Assembly: GCF_009914755.1 (NCBI RefSeq)
Contig: NC_060925.1
From: the human T2T-CHM13v2.0 reference genome, Homo sapiens
DNA: 64,000 bases
Strand: one strand, 5' to 3'
Shown here: piece by piece, positions 1 to 16,816 of the stretch
Position numbering within the stretch: position 1 is the first letter of the stretch
Layout of the letters: each line of letters starts with the position of its first letter
Notes under the pieces: model-generated
Seen by the model: only the letters and a program-made list of their open reading frames with translations
Told to the model about the DNA's origin: nothing
The model's database searches: none
Made by a program: the position numbers and the translations under genes

Positions 1-2
1 AG

Positions 3-613
<611 letters not shown>

Positions 614-1818
614 AGAGATTTTTAATATACACAAAACAGCCTTCTATTGGAAGGAGATGCCATCTAGGACTTTCATAGCTAGAGAGGAGAAGTAATACTT
701 GGCTTCAAAGCTTCAAAGGACAGGCTGAATCTCTTGTTAGAGGATAATGCAGCTGGTGACTTTAAGTTGAATCCAATGCTCATTTACTGTTCCGAAATTT
801 CTAGGGTTCTTAGGAATTATGCCAAATATACTTTGCCTGTGCGCTGTCAATGAAACAACAAAGCCTGGACGACAGCAAATCTGTTTACAGCATGTTTTAC
901 TAACTATTTTAAGCCCATTGTTAAGACCTACTGCTCAGAAAAATCCCTTTGAAAATATTACTGTTCATTGACAATGCACCTAGTCACTCAAGAGCTCTGA
1001 TGGCATTGTACAAGGAGATAAATATTGCTTTAATGCCTTAACATAACATCTATTTGGCAGCCCATGGATCAAGAAGTAATTTAATCTTTCAAGTCTTATT
1101 ATTTAAGAGATAGATTTCATAAGGCTATAGCTGCCATAGATAGTAATTCTTCTGATGGATCTGGGCAAAGTACATTGAAAACCTGGAAAAGCACATTCCT
1201 GATTCATGGGAGGAGGTCAAAATATCAGTCTTAACAGGAGTTTGAAAGAAGTTGATTCCAACCCTCATGGGTAACTTTGAGAGGTTTTAGACTTCAGTGG
1301 AGGAAGTAACTGCAGATGTGGTAGAAATAGCAAGAAAACTACACTTAGAAATGGAGCCTGAAGACGTGACTGCATTGCTGCAATCTCATGATGAAACTTT
1401 AATGGATGAAGAGTTGCTTTTTATGGATGAGCAAAGAAAATGGTTTCTTGAGGTGAAATCTACTCTTGATGAAGATGCTGTAAATATTGTTGAAATGAAA
1501 ACAAAGGATTTAGAATATTACATAAACATAGTTGGTAAAGTAGTAACAGAATTTGAGAGGATTGACTCCAATTTTGAAAGAGGTTCTACTATGTGTAAAA
1601 TTCTATCAAATGGCATCACATGCTACAGAGAAATCTTTTGTGAAAGGAAGAGTCAATCCATGCGGCAAACCTCATTGTTGTCTTATTTTAAGAAACTGCC
1701 ACAGCCATCCTAACCTCCAGCAACCACCACCCTGATCAGTTTGCAGTCATCAACATCAAGGCAAGACCCTCCACCAGCAAAAAGATTATGACTTGCTGAA
1801 GGTTCAGATGATCATTAG

Positions 1819-2139
<321 letters not shown>

Positions 2140-2846
2140 GAATAAGTATTTTTTGATTAAGGTATGCACATTGTTTTTTAAATGTCCTGCTATTGCACAC
2201 TTAATAGACTACAATATATTGTAAACATAACTTTTATACACACTGGGAAACCAAAAAATTGTGTGACTTGCTTTAATTGTGATATTTGCTTGCTTTATTA
2301 TGGTGGTCTGGAATTGAACCTACAATATCTCCACTTGTGCCTGTACAACATACTTTATACTTTGGTGTCAAATATTTCCCTTGACTAAAATTCTGTCATA
2401 ACGTATTAACATAGATGTCGAAATGTCTGTTTTTATTCTGAAGCATCACCAAATACAGAGGTTACTTAGTCCTCCTCCTCTCAACTCCCATTGCCCTAGG
2501 CCTGGCCTCTCCCTTTCTTACACACACACACAGACACACACATGCATTAGACTATCAAATCTAAAATCTTCAAAAATTCTCTGGAGTCAGAATATGTATC
2601 AAGGCAGCAGTTAAGAGCAATTATAATATTCATTTTAAAAGACCAAGAAATTCAGCCAAGTTTGAGGCCTTAAGTACAAGGATGAACATAGAAATGACAA
2701 TGAATTTTGCCTAATAGTTTTCATAAGTGAATGTCTGGGAAAAAAGAATTGAAGTTTCACTCTAGCTAATCCAGCTAAGAAGATCTAAAAGGAATCCTGA
2801 AATGATCTATTGGGAATTTTACTCAGGTATTGATAGAGAAATGTTA

Positions 2847-3089
<243 letters not shown>

Positions 3090-3181
3090 TTAGATCTCAT
3101 TTCCTAACAACTTTCATTGCTGAGATCTTTGGGATGGGATGGGGGTGCAGTTCTACCATCAAGTGGGAAAGCAGTCTTTAA

Positions 3182-3559
<378 letters not shown>

Positions 3560-4274
3560 TAGATGCCATAATGTTGTGATTTGTTTTATAAACCACCCAA
3601 ATTGATGTGCTGTACAGACAAAATAAATTAAATTAACTCAGTTCTGTGGGTAAAGGTTTTTGCTATCCCAGGACTGTGGCAAGTTGGGTTCTTACATGTT
3701 CTAGTTTCATGCCAGCACCTAAAAACTGTTTCAACAGATGGAGAGGTAGGAAGACAGCATGAGTCCCTGTAAACCAAATACAATCTGGCTGCTCTAATTT
3801 TAGTCTCAGTGTTTTTGAAGGAACTCAGAAATAAAGCAATCTACAGCCTCCAGAGAAAGTTGCAAAAGTTTTTACAGTTTTCAGAATTATCCAGCTGATT
3901 ATAAGTACCTCAGTCTTTCACAATTTTTTTTTTTTTTTTTTAACTAGCTAGTCACATATTAAATAGAGTGAACCTACAGGGAATGTTTTAGCTAGTACTT
4001 TAAAAAAAATAGCAACATGAACTGTTTATACCTTGAGTTGTAAAAATTCTTATTCAAGCTTAGTCTTACTCTGTGAGATTTGTGAGTCAGTCATTTTTAT
4101 GAGACCCAATAAAGATTACTATAAAAGGTACCATTCCACCTAAAATATGTCTTCTAATTATAACTTGCTTGAAAGGCAAACAAATGAAAACAAAAGTTGT
4201 GTTTGGACTAGGAGTGCCAGTTATTTGTAAGACTATATTGCAAAAGTAAATTCCATGACTTTAATTACCGCCTA

Positions 4275-4415
4275 TATTCATTCATTCATCCATTGATTCA
4301 TCACTTAAACTAACATTTATTGAGTATCTGCTATCTTTCAGGCACTGCTCTAGGTGCTAGGAATACACTGGTAAACAAAACAAAGCCCTTGTTGTCACGG
4401 AGCTAACAGTCTAGC
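4275..4415 (-). mobile_element. L2 3' fragment
   Basis: ttcattcattc...acatttattgagtatctgct...ggcactgctctaggtgctagg. Confidence 0.65.
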
Positions 4416-4506
4416 GAGGCTACATCAGATCATTCTGCTCCCTGGTTAAAACCTCTTCAATAGCCAAAAATGAAAATAAAAACCTTTCCATACCAAGGTC
4501 CAGATC

Positions 4507-4765
4507 TATGCTGTCAAGAATAATAGCCACTAGCCACATGTGGCTGTTGTACACTTGCAGTGGGGCTGGCCTGAATTGAGATGTGCTGTTAAGTGTAAAA
4601 TGTACACCAGATTTCAAAGAGTAAGACCAAAAAATGGAATATAAAATATTACATTAGTAGTTTATGTTGGTTACATGTTGAAATAATATTTTGGATACAT
4701 TGGGTTAGACAAAATATATGATTAAAATTAACTTTCCTGTTTTGGTTTTCTTTTGAAAATGTTGT
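4507..4765 (-). mobile_element. MER33-like hAT-Charlie element
   Basis: tagccactagccacatgtggct...gagatgtgctgttaagtgtaaaat matches the reverse of recalled MER33. Confidence 0.7.
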
Positions 4766-4767
4766 TC

Positions 4768-5557
<790 letters not shown>

Positions 5558-5931
5558 CTAGTTTTTGTTGTATTTCCAGCCCTGGTAACAATGACTACCA
5601 CATACTAGTTCCTCAATACAAGTATAGCTTAAATAAAGGAATGAAATCAAATAGCACATAAGAAGAGCTTGCCAATTTAAATTATTAGGATTGTCATTTA
5701 TAATACAAACCCCTTCTAAATACAAACCCCATCTAAATGAGAAAATTTCAACTTTTATCCTCCTAAAATGAAAATAATAACACGTCTACTTCTCAAAAGA
5801 TTATAGTAATAGCTCTCAGCTGTTGTAATTTATAGTTTATTGAGCACTTTAACATTCATATTTGCTCTTTATAATAACTTGATAAGGTAAACACAGAAGA
5901 TTATTAAATTTCTATCTTAATAAGACAGAAT

Positions 5932-6543
<612 letters not shown>

Positions 6544-6943
6544 GGAGTAATAACCTAGAAATTAAATAAGAAAACAGAGGTTCAGCAGTTTAGAGGCTAA
6601 AGGAGTTCACTCAAGATCACATAGAGAGTAAGGGTAGGGTCAGACCTCAAACATGATTTTTATTATTGTAAATCCAGGTGTTTCTCCCCCCTAACCTACA
6701 TTGCCTTGTTCTGAAAATTGAAGCGGATACTGTGAATACACTTTGAAAACTGTAAAATTATATACTAATGTGAAGCATCAGAAAACCCTTTTAAAAAATA
6801 GCTCTAAGTAATAAGTAATTTTTCAATGGCTCATTGCATGCTTTATACCAGTCCTTGTTGCAGCCCACTGAACCTTTCTCTATGCTTTGGTGTCAATATC
6901 CATCTTCCAAACCCAGAGCTATCCAGAATAGTGCCACAAATTA

Positions 6944-7412
<469 letters not shown>

Positions 7413-9009
7413 CGCTTGATTTAGCACAAATTTTGTCAATCCAAAGAGCTGAAAGCTAACATAGAAGTATAGTATATTTTTAAAGAGTCAGTTCATATTT
7501 GTGAGCTCAACATAAACATCTGACAAATTTTCCATTAAAAAAATTTTTATGTGTTCATTGATTCACATACATCTTAGCACACTAATTCATTATTATTTTA
7601 ACCCCTACAAAGAAGGGTAGAAAATAGGAAAAACATGATTCTATTCTAGACTTGGGTCTAACCTGTAACAATTCACCTAGCCTTCCTTATGACTGCCCTA
7701 TTACTTACCATAGCTATTGCAAAGATGAATGGGTTAATATTTTAAATTTGTGTATGAGCTACTAAAAAGAAAAAGCAGTGGACAATGAATCACAGAACTT
7801 TGTAGCAGTAGGTTCTATGATTTATTTTCTAGTGTTTTCCCTTTTTTGAAATACATATACGATGTACACACACACAAATGTAAAATATTAACTTAGAATT
7901 TAAAAAAATTAAAAAGATTTTAAAATAACACATTTATCTCTGCAATAAATGAGAGCCTTTGGCTTTGCTGTTAGACGTGATTACACTTAGACCAATTCAG
8001 AAAAGATTTCAAGAAAGGAAGAGTACACAGCTTTACCTGGGTAAATCAAAAAACTTGTAAAGTTTCTATCATTATCATGAAATTCATTTAAAATGAATTG
8101 TGGTTATTAACCTGCTTCCTCTGGCTCTATATCCAAAGACTTAGAGAATAACTGTCCACTCATATTTTGGATAATTACTTTCCTTTTAATAATAAAATTT
8201 CAATAAATAACTAAATTTTGAAGATTCATGTAGGGCATATATATGTTGATTATGGAAAGGGAAAGTACCATTTAGAGCTAGAAAGAGGTTTATTTGAGTC
8301 AAATAAAATGGCTATTTTACCAAATAGGAAGCAAATTCTTAAGGACTCTACACCCAAAAGCAGTTAGTGGCTGAAAACAAACAGATTTTAAAAGGGTTCA
8401 ATTATGGGAACAAATGTGTAATGTCCAAAATAGTCTTTATTGGAGATAAGGATTAAGGCTAAGTCTCTATTTTTCATCCCATAAAAATCTATTTACATCT
8501 CTTTCAGAGAGAGAGAGTTTTGAGGAAAGAAAACTGAATTTGATGAACAACGGATCTGATTTAGGATGCCAATTGCAAATAATGATAGAAAACGGATTTT
8601 TTTTTTTTGGTGCAAAATTTCATGGATAAAAATGAAAAACTTAAATGACCTCTCCTCTCCAACAGTACAGAAAATTTTGCCTGAATTTACCTAAAGTCTA
8701 CGCCACGGACTTGATTCAGTGAAATAGGATGGTTGGGCAGGGCACTGAACCAGGGATCAAACTTAAGAGATGTGTGGTCGCATGACTGCAATTGAACTAG
8801 AAGCATTACATCAGGACTGACCACCTTGGCTAAACCACAGACTTTGTCCAGACAGTCTGCCCACTTAGATATATTCCAAGGGGATCATCAAACTGGTGGG
8901 AGTGGCTGAAACACCGAAATGATAACCTCCTTGTTGACTCCCACAGATCCAAGCCATAAGTGTTCCCATTTAGTTAAAAGCTACCGTTGCCCGCCACTAG
9001 CATGACTTA

Positions 9010-10019
<1,010 letters not shown>

Positions 10020-10045
<26 letters not shown>

Positions 10046-10680
10046 GCGCACCGATTGGAAGAACTAGAGTTAGCCCCAGTCCCTCATTGGAAGGCTCCGG
10101 GGCCTCCCCTCACGAGAGCTTAGTGGCTTGAAGACCGTAGGCACCGCCCCAGTAACGGTGCTGAGATCAATTCGGCTTTCTGGTCGGCTGAGCTTGGCTC
10201 CGCCTCCGATCTCATTGGCCGGCTTCGGGAGGTTTCGGCAAACCCTGCTTTAGCCCTAGTGAAAGTGGCAAGGCACGCCCTTCCCGCTTCTTATTGGAAG
10301 AGGGTCTACAGTCTCCACCGGTCTCTACTCTTTATTGGTTAAAATTCCCCGCAACACCCCTCCTCTCTACCCCGGCCCAATTGGCCGTGCCTCAGCTCAA
10401 GAGTTTGTGTTTGGTCGTCGGTTCCACCTTAATCCCGCCCATCAGTTCTACTTAGGGGTTCAACAACCCGGGGTGGAGCTTAATCTGTGACCACGCCTCG
10501 GCAGTGCTAGTCACACCTCCAAGTTTTGCCAGCTCCTCCCCCTCATTCCGGGCCTCTCGGGATCAGCTCTTCCTATTGGCTATGGGCCCCATCGGTCGAT
10601 AGAAAACGGGCGGTGATTGGTAAAGGGGTGGGCTCTACTTCCCGGCGGGGTCCTGCGGAGTTGGCGGAGGCTCCTCCAGG
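10020..10680. promoter_or_regulatory. Bidirectional FAM72/SRGAP2 promoter with CCAAT (NF-Y) array, CHR-like TTTGAA, GC box and E2F-like sites
   Basis: ATTGG at 10054, 10086, 10214, 10293, 10334, 10380, 10575, 10616; TTTGAA at 10029-10034; GGGCGG at 10608; TTCCCGC at 10281; lies between the two divergent genes. Confidence 0.85.
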
Positions 10681-10787
10681 GACTGGGGCACAGATCTGCG
10701 TAGAAACGGGTGGCGGGGAAGAGAGGGGAGGAGAGCTCTGAGTGGGAAGCGGAGCCGGGGGCCTGGGACCCGTCGCGTCAGAGCCAG
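10678..10787 (+). other. SRGAP2D: SRGAP2-family non-coding first exon (start approximate)
   Basis: Donor CAG|GTAAAG at 10787/10788 just downstream of the promoter; no ATG; agrees with the recalled SRGAP2 structure. Confidence 0.7.
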
Positions 10788-12764
10788 GTAAAGGCTCCTT
10801 CCCTCTTCCTTTTCTTCCTCCCGGCCGCCGGGCTGGAGCCCTGACTGAACAAACCCGGGCTGGGGCGGGAAGGAGAGGGCGCGGATGCTGCTCGCGGCAT
10901 CGCCTTAGCGGTGCCGCCCGGAATCCCTCAGACCGCCCCTCCTCCACCCTCTCCAAATCTCCCAGTACAGCCCATAATACTTCTCAGGACTGCGAGTCTC
11001 TCCGCCCATCACTGTACAGCCTGGGACTCTGTCCTGGCTCACGGACCGCAGCGCAGCCGGCACCCAGCCGCCTCTCCCTTTCCTCCGCACACGGGCAGCC
11101 GCGGTCCACCGTAGGGCAGTCGTCGTTGGCATCGCGCGTAATCATCGGCCGGCCTCCTCCAGTGTCTCCCAGCCCTGGCGGACAGCCCGGGTCCCAGCCT
11201 AGGACCCAGGAGGATGGGTGTTCCGCGCAGCTTCCGGGGCTCTCCCCGAGTCCCACCCCCCGGCCCGCCCCGATGGACTTCTCTTCGCCCACTCCCATCC
11301 CTAGACCACATCTCGGCCCCCACAGTTCCTGACATCCTTGCGCTTCACGCAACATCGCGGCCCATGATCATGCCCCAATTCCCCTCACCTCTAAGGCAGC
11401 CTTCTCCTTGCCGCCTCCCGCCTTCCGAGCGTGTGCAACTCCAGTTGTCCCCGGGCTCCCTTCCAGCCTCAGGACCCCATCTCACACCCGCCTCTCGCTT
11501 CCCGCTTCCCGCTCGCCTGAACCCCGCCGCCTCTGCTCCCTGTCTTGTTCCCTCAGCGTGGCCCCTTCCTCCAGCCGCGGGAAGTGGGAGACGCTAGCGG
11601 GAGCTTCCTCCTCCCGGCGCTCGGAGGAAAAGGAAAGACCAAGTAGAAAGGGTCGCCGCTGCGGCACGCGAGGGAGCTAGTCGCCGGGCTCCGCGCTCCC
11701 GCTTGCGTCCCTCCAGCCCCCTGGGCCTCGTCCGGGGCCGGATCTTCTCGGGCACCGCCTGGTGCGAGGAGTCAGGACTGCGACCTCACCGACCTCCTCC
11801 CATCCCCAGCCTGGGATTGGGTGGGATATCTGGGATCTCTGAGCTTGGGTGTCAAAAAAATATTGGGGGTGGCATTTATAGTCACTATCGTCCCTAGCTT
11901 GAGGGAGGCGACGGCTGCCTTCCGCTCGCCGCCCCCCGGTTTTCCCGGCTCCGACCCTATCCTCTAACCCGTTTCCTGCTTCAGCTGACCACATTGTTTT
12001 CCTGGATGTGTCCCGTGCCGAGCAGGCTTTTTCCTGCAGATTTGCCCCGCCCCCCCATCAACATTTTGCTGCCAAGAGAAGCTAGTAACCAAAAACAAAA
12101 CAACTGGGAGGAGGGGCGGGAGAGGAAGAAAAGTTGTGCCCTGGTGGCTTGTCCCTCCCCGGCTTTGATCCCCTTTGATGTACAGGGAGGTGCCCCGGCC
12201 GGGGGTCTGGGGCCACGTCGGGGGCTAGGTCGGGAGGGCTCCCTCGGGCTGGCCGCTGCCCAGCGCTGGCGGGGCTCAGCAGGCCGCCGAGGTGCCGCAT
12301 TCCCCGCCCGGTGCCCCGCGTTCCTGCAGTTCCCGCCCGGAGCCCGCGCAGGCGGCTGCTCCAAAGTGTTTTCTTTCAGCCTTAAAATCCGGAGGGAGCT
12401 TCCTTCCTCCCCACCTCGTAGCGCCAGGCTCTGCGGGCGGGGAGACGTTAAGCGGACAGGAATGGGCCCAGGGCGGGCTCGGAACGACGTCCCCTACCCC
12501 ACCCCCGCCGCGATTAGGATCTGCGCTCTGGCTGATCGCCCCCTCCCCCTTTTCCTGCATTTACAGGCAAGTGAACCGGAGCAAACGACTTCCGATCCAG
12601 TCTGCGCTGTTGCGGCTCCCGTTTGGGATTTGATTTGCAGCATCTTTGAGCCTCTACGACAAAAAACCGCGAAGCACGCCCAGCCCTCCCCCGGCACCCC
12701 GAAAAGCACCCACTCCCTCCCGGGGACACAGCTGGGCGCGTCCACACCCCCGCAGCCCCACACC

Positions 12765-12806
12765 ATGTTGTGCGGAAGGACTTCCACTCCCCGCCTGTGT
12801 CGTTGA
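12765..12806 (+). other. uORF1 (MLCGRTSTPRLCR*)
   Basis: cacaccATGt (A at -3); TGA at 12804-12806. Confidence 0.7.
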
Positions 12807-12853
12807 TGTCAGACCCCAGGCCAGCCTCCGGGCGCTGCAGTTCTCCCGGCTAA
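12806..12853 (+). other. uORF2 (MSDPRPASGRCSSPG*)
   Basis: ATG shares its A with the uORF1 stop (TGATG); TAA at 12851-12853. Confidence 0.7.
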
Positions 12854-12879
12854 TGCTGAGGCTGCGGCTCCGGCTCTAG
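12853..12879 (+). other. uORF3 (MLRLRLRL*)
   Basis: ATG shares its A with the uORF2 stop (TAATG); TAG ends at 12879. Confidence 0.7.
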
Positions 12880-12927
12880 CACAGGCACCAGCCGCCGCCG
12901 CACCCGGCCTCAGCGCCCACCGTCTGC

Positions 12928-12942
12928 ATGTGCCCGCCGTAG
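12928..12942 (+). other. uORF4 (MCPP*)
   Basis: ATG TGC CCG CCG TAG. Confidence 0.65.
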
Positions 12943-13108
12943 CCGTCTGCCCAGCCCGCAGCCCGCGCTCCACGGAGCGCTGGAGACCACCGTGGGGGGC
13001 CCCTTCTGCCCTCGAGAGAAGCGGTCTTGGAGGTATTGATTTAGGTGGTTGGATTTTTTCCGTGGATCTATCAATTCACAATTCGAATTTGGAAGAAAGA
13101 AGGAAAAC

Positions 13109-13175
13109 ATGACGTCTCCAGCCAAATTCAAAAAGGATAAGGAGATCATAGCAGAGTACGATACTCAGGTCAAAG
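13109..13175 (+). CDS. SRGAP2D: SRGAP2 (SLIT-ROBO Rho GAP 2) first coding segment, MTSPAKFKKDKEIIAEYDTQVK(E), start of the F-BAR region; probably the truncated duplicate SRGAP2D
   Basis: Translation matches the SRGAP2 N-terminus; aaaacATG; 67 nt; AAG|GTAAGG donor (phase 1). The paralog is inferred from the neighbouring FAM72 residues and orientation. Confidence 0.93.
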
Positions 13176-15209
13176 GTAAGGGTTTTGAAAAATAGCACAC
13201 TGCAAATGCTCTGTGGACTGGTGAGGCGTGTATTTCCACCGTGATTTGCAGGTTGTTCATTTCTTTGGGTGGAGCAGATGGGGGCAGGCTGACCCCAGAG
13301 GTGGTTTCATAGATGGGTCTGAACCTCCAAAGGATGGGCAATGCCAGGGGGCCATTGACACTGGAAAGGAATTTTTGCAGTGGGCTGTAGGAGTATCTTT
13401 GTGGGGCTGACCATGATTTTGGCAGCCCTTTCCCCCCAAGCCGGGCAGGGTGGGGGGAGGGGCAGGAGGCTCTTAGAGAAAGGCAGTTTGCCTCCGGTTC
13501 TCTGGGTCAGGTTTCCTTGAAAGACAACTGAAATCTGACAGGTGTTTGGACATTTGTTTCAGAGATTGAAGAGGAGTCCAGACAGAAAGGCAACCTTGGG
13601 AAGGTGTACCATTTGGAGAGCCTTGGGAGAGGCGGGGTTTTTTGGATGCACTATATTAAAACATGAGATTTGCAATGGCATTGGCACCAAAAGTCCATTG
13701 CCACCTTGGGTGTACCTTGTACCTGCCTGGTCTCTGGTCGGCCTGCATACAATCAGAGATCAGAGAATAAGGCCACCCACGCCCGGTCTCCGCCCTCACC
13801 TAAATCTGAATAGAGTTGGGAGGATGTTAGGGTAGCCGGTTGGTGCTGATTCTGGAAAATGGGAAGACATAATTGTTTAACCCTTCTGTGCTGTGGCCCT
13901 CTGCTCCGGAAGACATGCTTTTAAAGCCCCATTTCCCTCTCCTGAAAAATGTGAAGGGTAAAGCAAAGTGTGGACTAGGAGAAACCAAGTGACCTGTCTT
14001 CTCATCTAGTCGACTGACTTGACTCATGAATAAGAGCCCTTACTCAGATAGCGTTTTTTAAACCAGCAATTCCCATAGGAAGGGTTCCTGCCTGTTAAAG
14101 AGCTGCAGCATGTGTTTGTGCAAGGCACTGTCCTTTCCTGGTCAGTCACTGGAAAGAGCCATGTGGCTCCAGCCCATTGAGACCTTAGCTGGGGAGTGGA
14201 AGAGGTGGGTGGCCTTGAATGTTACACCACATGGTTGGAGCTCTGGGTTTTCCTTTGTTTCAGAGTACAGAGGGAGGGGCCCCTCCTTTCCCTGCACCAG
14301 TGCAAGGAGACCTTTTCCTATCAGAGAGGACTTGGGAAGGGCCATGGCTCCCCTCTAATGATTGCTGGGGGGTGGGGGTAGGCGTAGAGTTTGAAATGGG
14401 CAGCTCCCTTATCTCTTGGAAGGTTGGAAGGTAGTCTGAAGTCCTCATTGTACCTACAGGATCTTTTTTATGTCATTAGTTTGGTCAGTGCTGGAGGTGC
14501 CCTAAGGGGCCTTCTATCCACTTGGCTGCAAATATTGGTAGGTTTATTACAGAGATGGGGGAGTTGACTGATTGATAGCTTCAGTTGAACTGGGATTGAG
14601 AGAGGTGTGGTTGTGAGTTATTATTGAGGTCTTGGCCTCTTGTCACTGTTCATAATCCAGGCCTGTTTTTGTAAACAATAGGCCACTGGCCTCCATGTCC
14701 TGTCCAGATGCATTGCATTTGCTCTTGGAATCCCCCCTGCAGTTTTAACCAGATATGTCTTTTTTTTTTTTTTTTTTTTTTAACACATCCTATTCTTAAA
14801 CTGTTGCCATCGGGAGTGTTAATAACTTTGATCTTCCCAGATTTCTCTCCAGAAGCACGCCATTTGACTAAGGTGCAAAGTGACTTTAAATGTTTAATTT
14901 TTGGAAGGTTCAAGGCTGATAGGTGTTAATAGAACCATATCTGCCAATTTCTTATTGGCAAAGGATTTCTCAAGAGTGTCTCAAAATTAAACACTTTGGA
15001 TATTTACAAACATTGCTCATTGAGATGAGGTAATGCAGTCGGCTATTTGGGTTCTCTCTTCAACCTTGCCACAAACAGACTATTTTGCTTTGCTCTGATA
15101 TTTTCCCATTGATACTATTCAGGATCATAGAATTTTATAGGTGGCTGAGCATGATGTCTTACTCCGAGAAGGTGCCTGATGAATGCTTATGGAACTGATT
15201 TGAATAGTT

Positions 15210-16185
15210 TAGTCCTTCATTTTACAGCTGAGGAGAATACAGAGAACTGAAGAGGCTTGTCCAAGGTCACACGGCTAGATGGTGGCAGATCTGAAACTAG
15301 AAGCAGATTTACCAACTCTCAATTCTCTATTCTGTATCTTTACTATGAAACATCATCTGACCAGGGTGGAAAAAAATAAAAAATTCTTAAGGAGCCCAAA
15401 TCTGTCAATGAATAATGATAGTAATAATGATAATGATAATAGATTACATTTTGGTTGCTCATTATGTTCCAGTCCATCCCAAGTGCTTTAAATGAATGGT
15501 CTGGTTTAATCCTTACCTCAACCCAGGGAATGGGTATTATTGTCACCTTCCATTCACCATATAAGGAAACTGAGGCTTAGAGAGGATGAGAAGCCCTTCC
15601 AAGGTCACACAGCCAAACCATGGCAGCTTGACTTCATTCCTTTATTCATTAACTATTTATTGAGTGCTTGCTGTGTGTTCTGGCGATTGGCCATACAGCT
15701 GTGAAGAAGAAAAAGTCTCTACCCTCGTGGAGCTTATATTCTGGAAGCTGGGCTCTCTATGGAACAGCACAGAATTTGGAGACAAAGGGCCTGCGATCTG
15801 GTTTGGCTCTGCCCCCCACTAGCTAGAAGCCCTGGGTCAGAATTATTATGAGTGTCAGCTTTTTGTGTGTTATATGGGACTCATGGTGCTGCCAGACTTC
15901 TCTTACAGATGCCAAGATAAAAAGAAAATTGCTGTAACAGCTATGCAGTTTGGTTTGGTTGTTAAGTGCAATTTTTAGAGTCAAAGTGATTCAGGTTTAA
16001 ATCTTGGTTCTGCCAGTAGATAGCCTTTCACTTCAGGCAAGTTACATGACTTGTCTGAGCCTCAGTTTCCTTATTTGGAAAATGGGTAAAATAAAATACA
16101 TTTCCTAAGATAGTAGTGAGTTGTTGATGAGATATATAAATTATTTAGAACAGTATCTTGCACTTGTAAGTGCTCAATAATGGTA
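15210..16185. mobile_element. MIR / L2 fragment cluster
   Basis: MIR core motifs (ccaaggtcacac, gaaactgaggc, ctgagcctcagtttcc) and an L2 tail (tatttattgagtgcttgctgtgtg). Confidence 0.6.
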
Positions 16186-16816
16186 CGGTCTACTTCTCTG
16201 TGAGCCTTTCTTTTGCTGAATTGGGCTGACTATTGAGGCTGCATTGCATATTCACTCCCAAAGTGCCAGCTATTAAATGATAGGAAATAAGTAAGGAATG
16301 AAACTTAAGTTCTAGCTTAAGATCATTTAGTCGTAACAAAACATCTTGGGTCAGTCACTTAAACCCTCTGGACATCAGTTTCTTTTTCTGTCAGTGAACA
16401 AGTAAACTAATTATTGGCCACTGTGGTTCGGCCTGTCTTTGACCAGAGTCCCAGGTCCTGTTTTTTCAATCAGAATTGTTTGAGTCAAATGGACTCTAAA
16501 TGGGACCCTCATCTCATGGGACTTTCTGGGACCCTACCTATCCCTTGATTTTTGCCTCCCTATAAACCACCTGCTTGCATGTGCCCTGAGGAACTCCTGA
16601 GGCTTCAGCCCCAACCCTACCCCAGAGTGGTTTTATGAGGGGTGTGCCTCCTTAGTCAGCCTGCCTTGTAGTGTCTTCTTAAAAACCATCATTGTTTCAG
16701 GTTTGTGGGTGCCCACATTCCTTGGAAAGTTCATGCCTCTCAATGTCTGACTTGAAAGCAATAATATTCTTAGTCTTTTTACATAGCTCTTTCCAATTTA
16801 CATTATGCTTTTATAT

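Larger units (their letters stand above)
12567..13108 (+). other. SRGAP2D: SRGAP2-family 5'UTR part of the start-codon exon (542 nt)
   Basis: Acceptor ccccttttcctgcatttacAG ending at 12566; continuous to the ATG at 13109. Confidence 0.8.

Noticed and set aside
1297-1713. 138-aa ORF resembling TIGD1/Tigger transposase
   Set aside because: GTG start, and the upstream transposase frame is broken by stops and deletions; it is a Tigger1 fossil, not a gene.
12624-12628. TGGGA as a TURBS-like 18S-pairing motif for the uORF chain
   Set aside because: About 175 nt from the first stop-start, farther than in the viral examples; a 5-mer is expected by chance.
10526-12806. Long overlapping ORFs (196, 270, 127 aa) in the CpG island
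   Set aside because: Expected from stop-poor GC-rich DNA; low-complexity Pro/Gly/Arg content, no recognisable domain, and they cross splice sites.
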